From: Mayamaea pseudoterrestris
Taxonomy: Eukaryota
Length of the DNA: 64,000 nt
Assembly: GCA_027923505.1 (NCBI GenBank)
Contig: BROI01000013.1
Span: 744,001-808,000 of the forward strand
Direction: 5' to 3'
Program-made: the position numbers and the translations under genes
The notes under the pieces: model-generated
Told to the model about the DNA's origin: nothing
Database searches by the model: none
Seen by the model: only the letters and a program-made list of their open reading frames with translations
In this document: positions 43,249 to 56,006 of the stretch, piece by piece
Numbering within the stretch: the stretch's first letter is position 1
How the letters are laid out: every line of letters starts with the position of its first letter

Positions 43249-46200
43249 TTAAGCATCTATGTCATACCCATACCGGCGATTCAGTTCCTCGTCGCTGACA
43301 AAATGCGATCCTCCACCGCATCTCCATCCGCCGCCTTGCTTGTACCATGTGAACCCAGCTGGACATGCACTGATGGCCCGAAGGCGTGCACGGGTAGCTT
43401 CCGTGCGACGTCGTTCCTCTTCCAGTTGAATTCTCACTTGCTCCAACCGCCTTCGCTCCATTTCTGCTTCGTGACGACGTCGCTCTTCCTCCTGTTCGCG
43501 CCGTTGGCGTTCCTCTTCCAGTCGTTTCCTCTCGAGCTCGAGTTGCGCCGCGAGACGACGCTTTTCCTCGGCAACAATCTCTGCCTGAATGCGAGCTTCT
43601 TCCTCGTCCAACAAGCGTTGCTCCTCTGCAAGTCGCTTGACTTCAGCTTCGTATCTCTCCCTGCATTCCTCGCTGTGTCTGACATGCTCGTCGTAAGCCT
43701 GCCTTGCTTGGAAGGTTTCATTCTCGTGGTCTTTATCTCGAGACTTGGCGGCCTGCAGCGCCGCCCAGACATCATCTGGCACTCCATCGTCCCTTCCATC
43801 GTCTTTTCCATCGTCCTCTCCATCGTCCCTACTCATTTCAAATTTATGCGAACCGCATTCTGAATCTTCGTCCTTTACATCGTCCGCCTTGCCCTCTGCT
43901 TGTTCGAATTGGAAACTTTGATCGCCCATTTCTGCTCCTTGGCTGGCGAATGCTTTCTTTTGTTCGCTGTTCGTAGATTCGGCAATGGCTGTAGGGAGCA
44001 AATCAACATCATTGATTCTTTCACTCATACCCGGACGTCTATGTTTTGGTTTGCGAGATGTGATCATAGCAGCCATGGCTTCGTCAACGTCGGCGAGTTC
44101 AATATTCCGACCGGTCGTCTGTTCTGTACTATCATACGCCCGAACAGCCCAATTAGATTTCGCCTCGTCCCATAACTGTTTCACGTCACGACCGTTAGCC
44201 CAGCCGTCGTAAGTGATGAGTTCTTCGCAACCAGTCCCAATCTGGTGCAATACTTCGCTATTGAGTGGCGAAAAGCCATCCCGTTGACAGCACCGATCGA
44301 AAAATGACGCACAATCCTGTGGGTCCCAGTCCGGAAACTCGAAAAAATGCTGAAAGCGACTTCGTAATCCACTGTTGGCTCGAAGCATTTCATCTATCTC
44401 GTAAGGATAACCAGCAATGACGATAGTCACGTCCTGATAGTCTTCGCTCGTCATACCGGCAACTAGCGTATCACATGCTTCGGCGCCAAAACTACCTTTC
44501 GAAAGATTGTAAGCTTCATCAACGAAAAGGAGTCCGCCTTTTGCTTCACGAAGTTTCTCGCGCACTTTGGGGGCTGTCTGGCCGACGTGCTGCCCTTGCA
44601 AATCAAGAGCTGCCACTTCCACCACTTTATCCGATGGTTTCAGCCCCAATCCAAACAATACGCGCGCGATGCTGCGAGCAACCGTTGTCTTGCCCGTACC
44701 TGCATTAGAAAATCTAACGTGAGTTAAAAAGATTTCAGTTAATCCACCATCGGCGCTTCTGCTCCTTACCTGGCGAGCCAGTGAACACAAAGTGTCCGAG
44801 TGTGGGCAGCCCATTGCCTTCCCGGCGAGCCACGGCCCATGTTTTCCTCAGACGTTCAACTTTCTCTTTAATCTTCTCCATTCGGAAAAGTGTTTCAAGA
44901 TCAGAAAGAGGGTCATGATTGGGATCAAGATTAGATATCTTGCCAATCCTAGCCATGACCATTGACTCCAGGGCGCTCTTTACATCAGACTCGGCAATGG
45001 ACTTCTCAATCACCGGGACGCTATGCACTCGCTCAGACCGGTTGCTTTTGGTCTCCTTCCAAATCTGTACTACATCGCGACCATTACCCCATCCGTCAAG
45101 TTGGCAGATACGGCTGCATCCTTCGTGCATAACGGCAGCGACTGTTTCCTGGAGCACAAACCCTTCTTTCGACGCTAACGACGTAAAGTAGTGAACACAA
45201 TCATCTGGCTTCCAATCCTCAAACTCAAAAAAGTTCGTGAAACGACTTTTTAATCCGACGTTGGTGTCAAGCATTCGATTTATCTCTGTCGAATAGCCGG
45301 CAATTACAATGATCACATCGGAAAAATCCTTGCTGGTCATTGCAGCGACCAAGGTATCGCAAGCCTCAATGCCGTATTGGCCTTCTCCTAATCCATATGC
45401 TTCGTCAATAAAAAGAATACCACCTTTCGCTTCTTTCAGTGCATCATTGACCTTGGTCTTCGTGTGCCCGACAAAGTCAGCCGTAAGGTTCTTCGCAGAA
45501 GTCTCGACAATTTTATTGGAAGGTAAAAGCTGGAGACCGAAAAGGATGTCCGCCATGGCTCTCGCGACTGTCGTCTTTCCCGTACCTTCAAATGAATTAG
45601 ATTTAGATGTTTTTTCGTTTGCAGAAGCTTATATACCAGAAGGTACTTACCAGGCGAACCTAGAAACACGAAATGGCCAAGGGTCGGTTCGTCGCCACCC
45701 TCACGTTGTTGGACGTCCCAGTCCAAACGCATTTTGTTGAGTTTTGCTTTTACCTTGTCCATTCGATACAGTTGGTCAAGTTGAGAAAGCGGATCAGCAT
45801 GTCGTTCACCGCGGGCAAGACCAGGATCCTCAATATCATTGCGATTTAATATAAAGTTTGTCTCAGATGCACGTTTTGCGGCCTTGAGCATTGCTTTGTT
45901 CACTAAAGTTTCAACGCTGCCTGCATTGCCAAAGTGTGTCTGCTTCTTCTGAATTTGCAATATATCTAAAGCTTTTTCTCGGAAGGAAAAGTCGGCGTTG
46001 ACTTCATTTACCTTTAGATACGAGTCAAGAATTTCTAAAAGTTCATTCTCGCTATAGTCCTCGAAATAGAAAGCTTGATCTTTCGGAAATCGGCGAGCAA
46101 GCCCAGGGTTTTGATTTTCAATCATCTTGATCATTTGTACTTCATATCCTACAAGAAGCACCGCAATATCATCAGACGAGGTGCCTTGGACCTTCTCGAC

Positions 46201-49200
46201 AAGCGTATCGAGCACTTGCTTTCCATATAAATTGTCATCGAGACTATATGCTGGGAACGTGTACGGTACAGTACAGAGGGATGGCATGAGTTAAACAAAG
46301 TTCACGAGAATCAGAAATCGCAGTGTCACCGAGCCATACCTTCGTCGACGATCAGCACCTTTCCCTTCGCGCCTTCCAAAATCGCATTAGATTTTGACTG
46401 TGATTCACCGACATGACTGCCAACAAAATCCGAAGCTGCCTTCATCACAACGCCGCCAATCGACAGAAAACCTAGTTCTTTCAAAAGGCGTCCATATAAC
46501 TTGGCGAACGTGGTTTTCCCCGTGCCTGCATACAACAATTAGCGATTAATGTCATGTGATTCTTGATACAAGTTGCACTCGACCTAACAGATACTCACCT
46601 GGATTGCCCATTAGCAAGCGGTTGAGGGACACCGGTAACTGCTGTTTGCCAAGGAGTTCTAACTGATAATTTGTGCCGCATAATTCCACAAAATCTTGGA
46701 CGCTCGATTTTATTCGTCTCCAGCCTATCTTACAGTCGATCTCATCCAGGACCTTTTGCAACTTTTCGCTTGATAGACGGGGATCTGTTCCAATCACATC
46801 TTCAATTGTCAGCCGCATAGTATCAAGACCAAAGTTCCGTCCAAGACGCGCCATTGCGGTTTGCGTCGCCAGTTCGAGGCGTCGGCGGACCTCCTGGACA
46901 AGGAAGAAAAAGGTGATTAGCAACAACTTGCTTTACGGCAGCAAGAACCACATGCCAACGAACACGTACTCTCGCATTGCCAAAGCCCTTTCCTCCCTTC
47001 ATTTTCGTCAAGCGTCGTCCGACTACATCAGACACGCCATCGTCCTCCTCCCATTTTCTCTTTGTTCGCATCTCGGCCCAAATCGTTTTGAGTTCATCCT
47101 CGTCAAAATCCTCGAATTGCACCTCGCGGAATCGGCTCTTCAGACCTTCATTATAGGCAAAAAACTTCTTCTGAAAGTCATCCTCGTATCCGGCAAGTAT
47201 AACTGAAATACGGTCGCGATCGTTTTCTGTTAACGTTAAAAGTTCATTCACGATTGGTTTCCCCTTGAAGTCATTGACTGGGTCAAGATCATAGGCTTCG
47301 TCAACGAAAAGCACTCCATTGAGCGCACTGTTGATAGTCTTTCGAAACTCATCAGCGCCATCATCTTTGACGGCTTGCGCAGTGCATTCGAAAATCTTGT
47401 TCTCAGCCCGAATTCCTGAATCACACAAGATGGCTGCAAACAGTCGGGCCACCGTTGTTTTCCTGGCAGTGACGGAAGTAGCTATGAGTACGTGTGATAT
47501 TGGGTCAATTCAGGCAGCGGCTTTGAGCTCGTACTTACCCAGTCCCTGGGTTACCTAAGAAGCAATAGTTTGCAGCTATCGAATTCGCTTTCCGCGTTTC
47601 ATCGTCCATTGTTTTCAGCTGTAGAGCTGTTTGCCATATGCGCAATGCTTCTTGTTTAACTTTCAACAAGCCCGTCAGGCGCAAGAGATCACTAGTTGCC
47701 TCAGATAACGTGTCCGCAGGATGATGAGTTTGGAGATCAGTCCATTCGCTCCATAGATCAGCGTGAGGATCCGACTTCTTAATGGCTGTGCTTTGCATTA
47801 GCGTCCCATTCACGATGTCGCGCTCGGCTTGGCTCAATACGTCAATCTGTAGAGGGAAAAACTCGAAAAACGTGGAGAGCAATCTAGTGCAATCACGGCT
47901 CTCGAGTCGAGCTGCCACTATCAAGGCCCATGGATGAAGCAAGTCATGAGTTGAGCGCACATGGCGGATGTACGTGTCGAAATGAGATTGAGCTTCAATT
48001 TGCGACCACTGCTGCAACAATTCTGCTGCCATGAGCAAGTGCAAAAGCGGGGCATCCAAAGTCTGTGACAAAGTGCGAATGTATTTGATGCCTTTCATTG
48101 CTGCAGCATCAGGATGAATGAATTGCATCTTATCCAAAATGCTCTGTTGGGCATTAGAAGGAATGCTATCATGATCGATGCCTCCGGTCCATTGCACATC
48201 AAGCTTGTAACCTTCAAGCCTTGTCGTCTGGAGCATACTTTCAGCACGCGCTTCTAGTTCTTCTGTAAAAGCAAGATCTGAGTCGACAGACGATTCGTCG
48301 TCCAGTTCGGCCTCAGTAGTCTGGACTCCATCTGGGTTGCTGCACGCGGCAACAAGCAAACACCCTTTGGGTGGTAGATTGAACCGCAATGATCGACTTT
48401 CCACACACTCGGGTTGTACGTCAGCGAGGCTTTTGGAGAGGTCGAGCAGCTGCTGTCGGGACAGAGTCAAACGGCAGAATGCAACGACCGGGTACGGATC
48501 AAAAACAAGCAGATTGTGAATTTTGTCAAGTTGGTAAGTCATTGAGTCGTATCCGTCGAAGGCAATTCCTCGAGCTAGCTTTTCCTTTAGCTTAGAATTG
48601 CTTGGTGGTGGGTCCTTAAGTACTTTCGTTTTTGCAACTGCAGCGTAACCAAGCAGCAACGTACAGGATTCTCCCTTGATCGACAAGTTAGCAAGATTCT
48701 CTTTGCTCCATAGCATGCTTATCATCCCATGAAAGCTATTGGCACCATTAACGAAAAATTTGGGATTGAAAGAATCCAATCCTGCATTCTTTCGTAGAAG
48801 GTTTCGGAAACAAGGAACACGAGCGCTTTGGAAGTACCACTTTTCGTGGATATCACTACATTCAAGCAACCTTTCTCGACAAATCTTTAGCAGCTTCTTT
48901 TCTTTCTGGATAAAGAGCTTGTCGCGGTTAGGAAACCATGTGATACATTCATCAGGAATGCCATGAAGCAGCTTTCTAAATTCGGCTTCTCCAGTAAACG
49001 CAGCCTGATTGTCGATCGCCCGATTAGCTTCGTCGAGCGAACAACTTGGGCAGTCAATAGGGACACCTTCTGAGCATTGCTTGATGCCTGGCACCGTGTG
49101 CTTTCCAGACCGGCATGTCCAAGTTGACGCGTCCAAGCAAGCTGCCTGGGCATTAAAGTCGCACGGAACCTCAAGCTTTTTGCTGCAATTGTTAAAATTC

Positions 49201-52200
49201 CAGCAGTCAACAAGCTTCGTAAAAGGGCAAACAATGTCGTTTTCACCGGCCGAGTACTGTTCAGCTTCAAAACACTTTGCCTCGACAGTGTGACCACATG
49301 CAAGCTTTACTTGCACGATGCTTAAGCATTCATGGATTGCAGCTCTGCTACTCAACATTGATACAAGTGTGGAGCAGCTCTTTGGTGTCACGTGGCCACA
49401 CGGAAGAACCATTGTAAGTGATTGATTGCAGGCCGATGAAATACTCCGGCATGCATCCGAAGAGAGCTTTTCAAGATCAAATGCAAGCCGGCTACTTTGG
49501 GATATTTCCTTGTCCTTGTAAATCTTCTCATAAACATCTGGCTCCCACAATGATGCTGAAACCAGGTCTTGCTTAACAAAACAAGAAACTCGTATCTCGT
49601 GTCCACAAAGCGGACTCCTCATATGCACCTTCACACGACAAGGCTTCGCCGGTGTGTATACTTCCGAGCACATGACTTCTTCAACATGACCGCAATTACG
49701 AACCAATTTAACTTTTTCGCGGCAGCCTGACAAACCAAAGTTCGACTGACGAGAAGACACGAGGCCTTCTTTAAACTCAAGCGCAGCAATCGGGGCGGTT
49801 ATACCAAGCGCCGTCAGCTCCTCTAGCTTCGTGCATGAGAGACGAACTGGGTGACCACAGGAGGGATGCCTTCCATTGACAAGTGTACTGCACGGTGAAA
49901 GGGAGCAATTTCGGGCAAAAGCTTCACGGCAGGCCATCGTCATTGTATGACCACATGTTCGAACAAGTGTAACTTTCTCTTGACAAGCGAAGTCCTGAGG
50001 ACCGTAAATAACACCCTCCTTTACTTGGCCAACAATTTCAGCATTGACCCCGGTCCAGTCGCTAAGCTTGAGCGCCACTAAACAGGGTACATCTTGAACG
50101 TGCCCACAACGAGGCAACCGAACGCTTACAAGCTGGTCGCAAACAAAAGTCTCGCGACCTGCTAAGATTTGACTTTTCCGACAGCACTGCAGTTTCTTGG
50201 AGTGGCCACATGGTGGATCGTATATGTCCTCCTGCTTACAGGCCACGAGATTGGGTTCAGCGTTATACATCGACAGCTCGTTGCACTTTACTTCTAAAAT
50301 ATGACCACACGATGGAAAGGTGTATGGAACTGGCGACATTAACTTGCAAACGGGAAGGGACATTTGACCGGCAGAAATTTGTCTATCCTTGCTACACGCC
50401 AACTTGCTGGTGTGTCCGCAGGGGAGCGTTCTTATCACCTGAGTGGGACACTGGTAAAAGGACATGACAGATTCATAACTCGTTGAATTTTGTGCAACCG
50501 CAGCATTCTTAAACGCTACGGAGCATGCTACCTTCCCGGGATGCCGGTCGCATGGTGACTCTAATTGCACTTCGCACTGTTTTCTATGCTGTTTCACGGG
50601 CCAATGACAGTCAAGCGAACAAAAATGTCCGCACCCAAGTTTATGCTGGCAAGGCTCTTTACAAAATCCTCGTCGAAGTTCCCGATCTGTTGATGCCAAG
50701 AACGTATTGCTGCGGTGGACTGGACAACAAAGAGGCAGCGCCGGCCCAGTTCTCACGCCGCTGAATAGTTGGTCACTGTTTTGTTGTGAATAGGTATCAT
50801 CTCCTCTCGCCATCTTGAGCTGCTCAAAGGTCTGCGCCCAATGAGCCGGCACACCAGAACTCTCGAAATAGCGAGTGTTTGCAATGAGGTAACATCCCAA
50901 ACGCGCCCGACTCAACAGGACTATCATGCGATTTACAAGCTTAACTGTGTGAAGAAGTGTGTTAAGTGCTAGCTTATAGAGTATAATCGATTAGCAGCCT
51001 CAACTTACCGAAACCAGTCTTCGAGTTTTCATCAACAACAAGACTACATATTATAATATCTTCTTCGTCGCCTTGGAAGCGGTCGACTGTTGATACGCGC
51101 ACAGTCTCATTGCCAACCGGTGCCCTCGGAAGCAGCTGCAAAGGTTGCAAATGCGGCTCTTTGATAAGCATCTCTCTCAACAACATTAGCTGCCCTTTGT
51201 ATGGAGTCAGCACGGCTATCGATGATCGTGGGACGCCACACTCAACAAGATAGGCGACGAGCGAGCAGGTCATTCGCGCTTCGAGCTGGTTAACTCTTGA
51301 CACGCCAACTTTGGATCTCCCCTGCTGACCTTCGTGAGTCCAAAGGAAGATGTGAGGAGCTACGCCTGGAATCTCGCGTCCTGCAGTTGATGAAGATTCA
51401 ACTATTGCCTTCAGAGCTGGACTGGCTCTGGCGCCAACAACCTGCGATTTACAGGTTTCATGATCCTCAATCGCTGTGATATCTTCATAAAAACCCCGAG
51501 TCAAATCACATATGTTTGACCTCATGCGCCGTTGGAGCGATAAGACCGTCGAAGGTACCGCGTGACTCGTAGGGGCTTCAATAAGTCGCTCAAACATGGA
51601 ATTGTTGATTTTGTTGAATACTTCAAAGTCGAAGCGACTCATGACCGAAGGTTTAAGCTGCCGATGATCACCAATGAGCTCAAGTTTGACTGTACTTTCA
51701 GTCAGACAAGAAAATAATAAAGGTTCGAGGACTTCAGAGGCCTCTTCCACAATCACCGCGAACGGCCGCGTCTTCCGAATGGATTCCAAACGAGTAATGC
51801 AACCAACCATCGTACCACCAATCACTGACTTGTTTTCGTAAACTTTGGCTTTCGCGCGGATTTTCGCCTCCTGCAAGTCTGCTCGCGCCTGCAATAGTGC
51901 ATCCTTTATTTCCATGCCCGCTGCCGTAAGCAATCGTCGCAGCTCGTCCATCAAAGCCTGCACTGCTGACCAGCGCTCCTCTAGCGTCATCTCCCATGTC
52001 CAATCCTTAACATCAACAAAGCTCGATGCATCTTGATTTGTTGCTGCGTCATGAAAAAGGTCCATATCCTGTTTGCTCCTATCCGAATAGCTTGACTCCA
52101 CTGAATCACCATCGTCGACTTCAAAAACTTCCCGCAAATGTTGCATCGCTTCTGCTTCGTCGTTCAGATCAGCTTCATCGCTGTCAATAATTTCTGCAGC

Positions 52201-55200
52201 TTTATCGTCGGTTACGACTAGGTTAAAACTTTCATGTGATGACACAGAGGCAACGTCACCATCATCGCACTGTAGAGCTGAATCAAATCTGCGCAACGGA
52301 CTTCCTTCAACAGCGCGAATCTGGCCACAAGGCACTGGTTCTGCGGGTTCGTTCTGATCGACTTCCTTGCAAATTGTTTCCACAGTTGCTTCCTGCGGTT
52401 TCGAGTTTAAAGGTATATTTGTCATGGCGTCGGAGACACGAGAATGATCAAAGCAAAACTTCGACCCCGGCAGGCATATACCTTTGCACGGTTTTCCGTA
52501 TCTGTTAATTGCACTGCATTGCGCTGGAGTTACTTCTAATTGCGCAGGCCGATGACGATGCACCTCCTCATCTGTCATTGTCTCAATTTTAGTTGATTCG
52601 AACATAATTTTCGCCTGACTGCGATGGTCCACACAAAAAGGAACCAATGCAGAAATTGCTTTGCCCTGGCAGGGCTTCTTCTTTTTTGTCAAAGCAAGGC
52701 ACTTTAGTACTAAGTGCTCCGAACAATAATTTTTTTCAGTGTCACTTAACCGAGGGCAGCCAGGGTAGCAGCAAATTGGATGTTCCGAGCAGACATTTCG
52801 AGGCGGAAGATCCTCGGCAAGTTCGGAGATAATTCCAAGTTCAACACATCGCCAGCAAGCATGTTGAGTACAGAATTTTTGACCGTCTGCCAATTTCAGC
52901 AAACCACAATCTTCAAATTCACAACTATGCATGAGACAGTAACAGCTGTCGGAATCCTTGCATTGGCTTGTACAACGGAAGCCTCGATCCGCCCGACAAA
53001 TATGCTGGTCGCAGAGCCTGATATCCGGCGACACGGCAAGGTTCGTGCACCTTTCAAATCCACATTTCGGTAGAGGCGTCTTACCACTAATCCACTTCCA
53101 GAGCAATTCTCCCCAGTGATCCAGGCTTTCAGACGTTTCGTCGCCAACGAGTGCAGGCACTAAGATGGAGCCTGAATTTGTCTGCAGCAGGCATTTCACT
53201 CGTTGACTGCGCGATTGCGCGTCGCCTGGCGGGCTCACGAAACGAAACTTGTCGACAATTTCTGTCGGCTTCGGCTTGACGCCCTCTGTCGTGCTTGCAT
53301 CAGCCGAATTCGCCTCTCGAAGCAGATGCCTTTGACAGATGCACTCCATCAATACATCCGTCGCTTCATAACTCGCCTTCCGCCTGCTCGCATCATCATC
53401 GTTACGAAACATCAAATGAAAATATGATAGATAGGTTGACAATGTACGATCTATCGTAGCCTGCACCAGGTCGCGGCAAACATTCAAATTGTCTACCAGC
53501 TTGCGTGCAACAGTCACCTGAGCATCAGACTGATAAGCGCTTCGCTCCGAATATTGTAGAAGCCGATCATCCTTGCACTGTCCACCGATGCGAATAAGAT
53601 GCCTCCCATTTAACGAGGGCTCAGCTGCTACCAGATCGACCAAGAACTCGTCAATTGCATGGTTCTTGTAAGAAAGTACTACATATTCCAAAAAAAGCGT
53701 CAGCATGTAGCGACAGATAAAAATGAAACAAAGTACGTCATGCAAATCTTACCGAGTATAGGAGATGCGCCAACTGAAGCACTCTTCTTGATCCAAAGAT
53801 CCCGAATTAGCATAAGCGCCCGAACCAGCACTACCCCAAGGTAAGACTTGCCGGTGCCTGAAAAAAGCCCGATAACGTGTCAGAAAGAATATAATTCGCA
53901 AACCGCAGCCACATGGAGAGACGCACCTGGAGGACCTTGCGTGAGATGGACTGGATCGCGCAACGCTTCAACGAAGCTGATAAGCTGCATTTTATCCAAA
54001 GTCGTTACCGTAACGAGATGCTGGAGCTTGGAGCTCAGCGTCAATCGCAGACTTTCATCTCTTCGAATTTCGCGAATAGGCTCGAGCTGGCTGTTAGCGA
54101 TCATCTCATCCATCAGCGGCCTGTAATCGACACTATCAGTTGCGGACAACAACATCTCTAAGTTCATATCTGTGCGAGGAATTGGACTGTCCTTCTGCAG
54201 ATTAAGGTGCCTTCCGTTTTCAAACGGCAATTTTTCGTGACGCTGGCGGTCCAGAGCCCGAAGAACTGGAACCCATTCTGGAACAAAGGTCATGCAATCA
54301 ATAATAGCAACGGGCAAGCCTGCTTCGAAGTAGTCGGGATCGCAGCCGACAATAGAGGAGATGTTAACTGCGATCTCTCCAGCGTCACGCCGGCGGTCCT
54401 CTCCACGTGAGTAATCGTGATTGACGACTTCTGCCCATTTGATGCGATCGCCATTCGACAATGTAGAGCCCCGAGCATGAAGACGCACAAGGCCAACAAG
54501 GTTGGGAGTAGCCAGACGCTTCGTTGTCCTCCAGTGGATGCTCGGTGGCGGATTACGACTCTTAAAGTTCACAAGATACAGCACTCCATCAGGATCCACG
54601 TGTTTGATTCGAGCGTCATAAATATGCGTAGAAGCGTTCTGACCAGGGACGCCAAGATGATTTGTAATGCAACGAGTGGCGCATTCGGCGCATAAAGCGT
54701 CGTGTGATCGATTTCGGCAACAAAATTCCACGGGCCGTCCACAGCCCCTTGAGCGGCACTTGAGGTTACCGACTTGATTTCCGTTTGTTTCCGCGACAGG
54801 CCAAAGAGCATTTCCACAAGCTCCATTGTTGCCGCGGGCGCGGCAGTGAGGAGCAATCGCGGCATGCCCATCAAAAAATGTCATGGCCGTCCAAAGGCGA
54901 TGAACAACTGACATGTACTCGTCAGCCGACTCGTACACACCTGCCTTTCCAATCTTCATCTTGGGGCACGAGGATGGAGAAAAGATATGCGGATTGGCAA
55001 GCCATTGAATCGTCGGCATCTGCCAAGCATCGTATCCAGTTCCGCCGTCGCTGGCGCACGTTGCTTCGATATCCGTTTCACTCAACCCAATATCACGGGT
55101 GCGGACTCGCCACGGCTTGCCCAAATCTTCCAACAAGTCCATCAATCGCCCGCCAACATCTCGATGATCCTTGAATTTTTTTCGAAGCTTCGACTCTGCG

Positions 55201-56006
55201 TGCAGGATAATGTTGCTTAACGACGACCGGATTTGGTCTGCCCCACAATCCCAATCGAAAAGAAGCGTTCTAGTAACTGCGTCTAAAACCGTCTTGACGA
55301 CTGTAAGAACATGATCGTCCGACGAGTCCGCATCCACCTCTTGATCGAGAAACTTTGTCGCAGCTGCTTCAAACTCCTCAGGTGGCGGCGGGTCAACCGA
55401 CGAAGATCCAGGAATCTTTGCCAAGACCTCCAGCATGCAGCATCTGGTCTTGTCGTCGAACTGTCCATGATTCAACCAGCAGCGGCGCCAAAGAGTTGCA
55501 CTTTTTGACAGTTCGTCACCGAGCTTCTGCACGGGGATTATCGACAAGTGCTTGATAAACTTGCTCGTGTCGGTAGCAAGCTGCTGTCCATTGCTCTGCT
55601 GCTGCTGCTGCTGCTGCTGACTTCGTCCACCTGCTCCTTGGGTACTCGCGCCGCCACCATGCGAGAACCTGCAGCTGCTACCAAACCGACAGGAGCCAGT
55701 ACTTTGCCACTCGTGACAAACACCAGCTTGAAAACCGCCGCGGCCGCTGCCACGACCACCGCCTCCGCCGCGTCCTCCAGCAAAATTGCCACGACCGCCC
55801 GCATTGTTTCTTCCGCCACGGCCAGCGCCGCCTCCTTGCTGGTTTCCACGACCACGGCCAGAGCCGCCACCGCCGCGACCACTGTTACTGCCGCCTCGAT
55901 GCGGCACGCCTCCACCAGCACTGGGCCCACCGACATGACGAAACCTGCAGCGAAATCCGTGCGGACAAGCCCCAGTCTGGCTCCACTGGTGGCATATCCC
56001 CGACAT
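43249..56006 (-). CDS. Giant 4033-aa ZNFX1-like SF1 helicase / NFX1-finger / 4x CbbX-SpoVK-type AAA+ fusion. Exons: 56006-53927, 53857-53753, 53678-51009, 50944-47539, 47462-46970, 46893-46599, 46525-46340, 46250-45651, 45585-44770, 44699-43249
   Basis: Nine GT-AG introns of 64-89 bp join in phase (12102 nt of CDS). Helicase motifs GPPGTGKS, SYKNHAID, VEEASE, IGDHRQLKP, SMFERL, LTPYKGQ, TVDRFQGDEED, NRMIVLLSRAR. Four G(N/S)PGTGKT...DEAY...SRF/RRF...GN(A/G) AAA modules. Two C-x8-C-x5-C-x3-H fingers and repeated CGH motifs. Confidence 0.9.

Noticed and set aside
43249..47600. Cluster of separate CbbX (red Rubisco activase) genes
   Set aside because: The segments are joined by in-phase GT-AG introns into one frame with the helicase; none has its own start or plastid presequence
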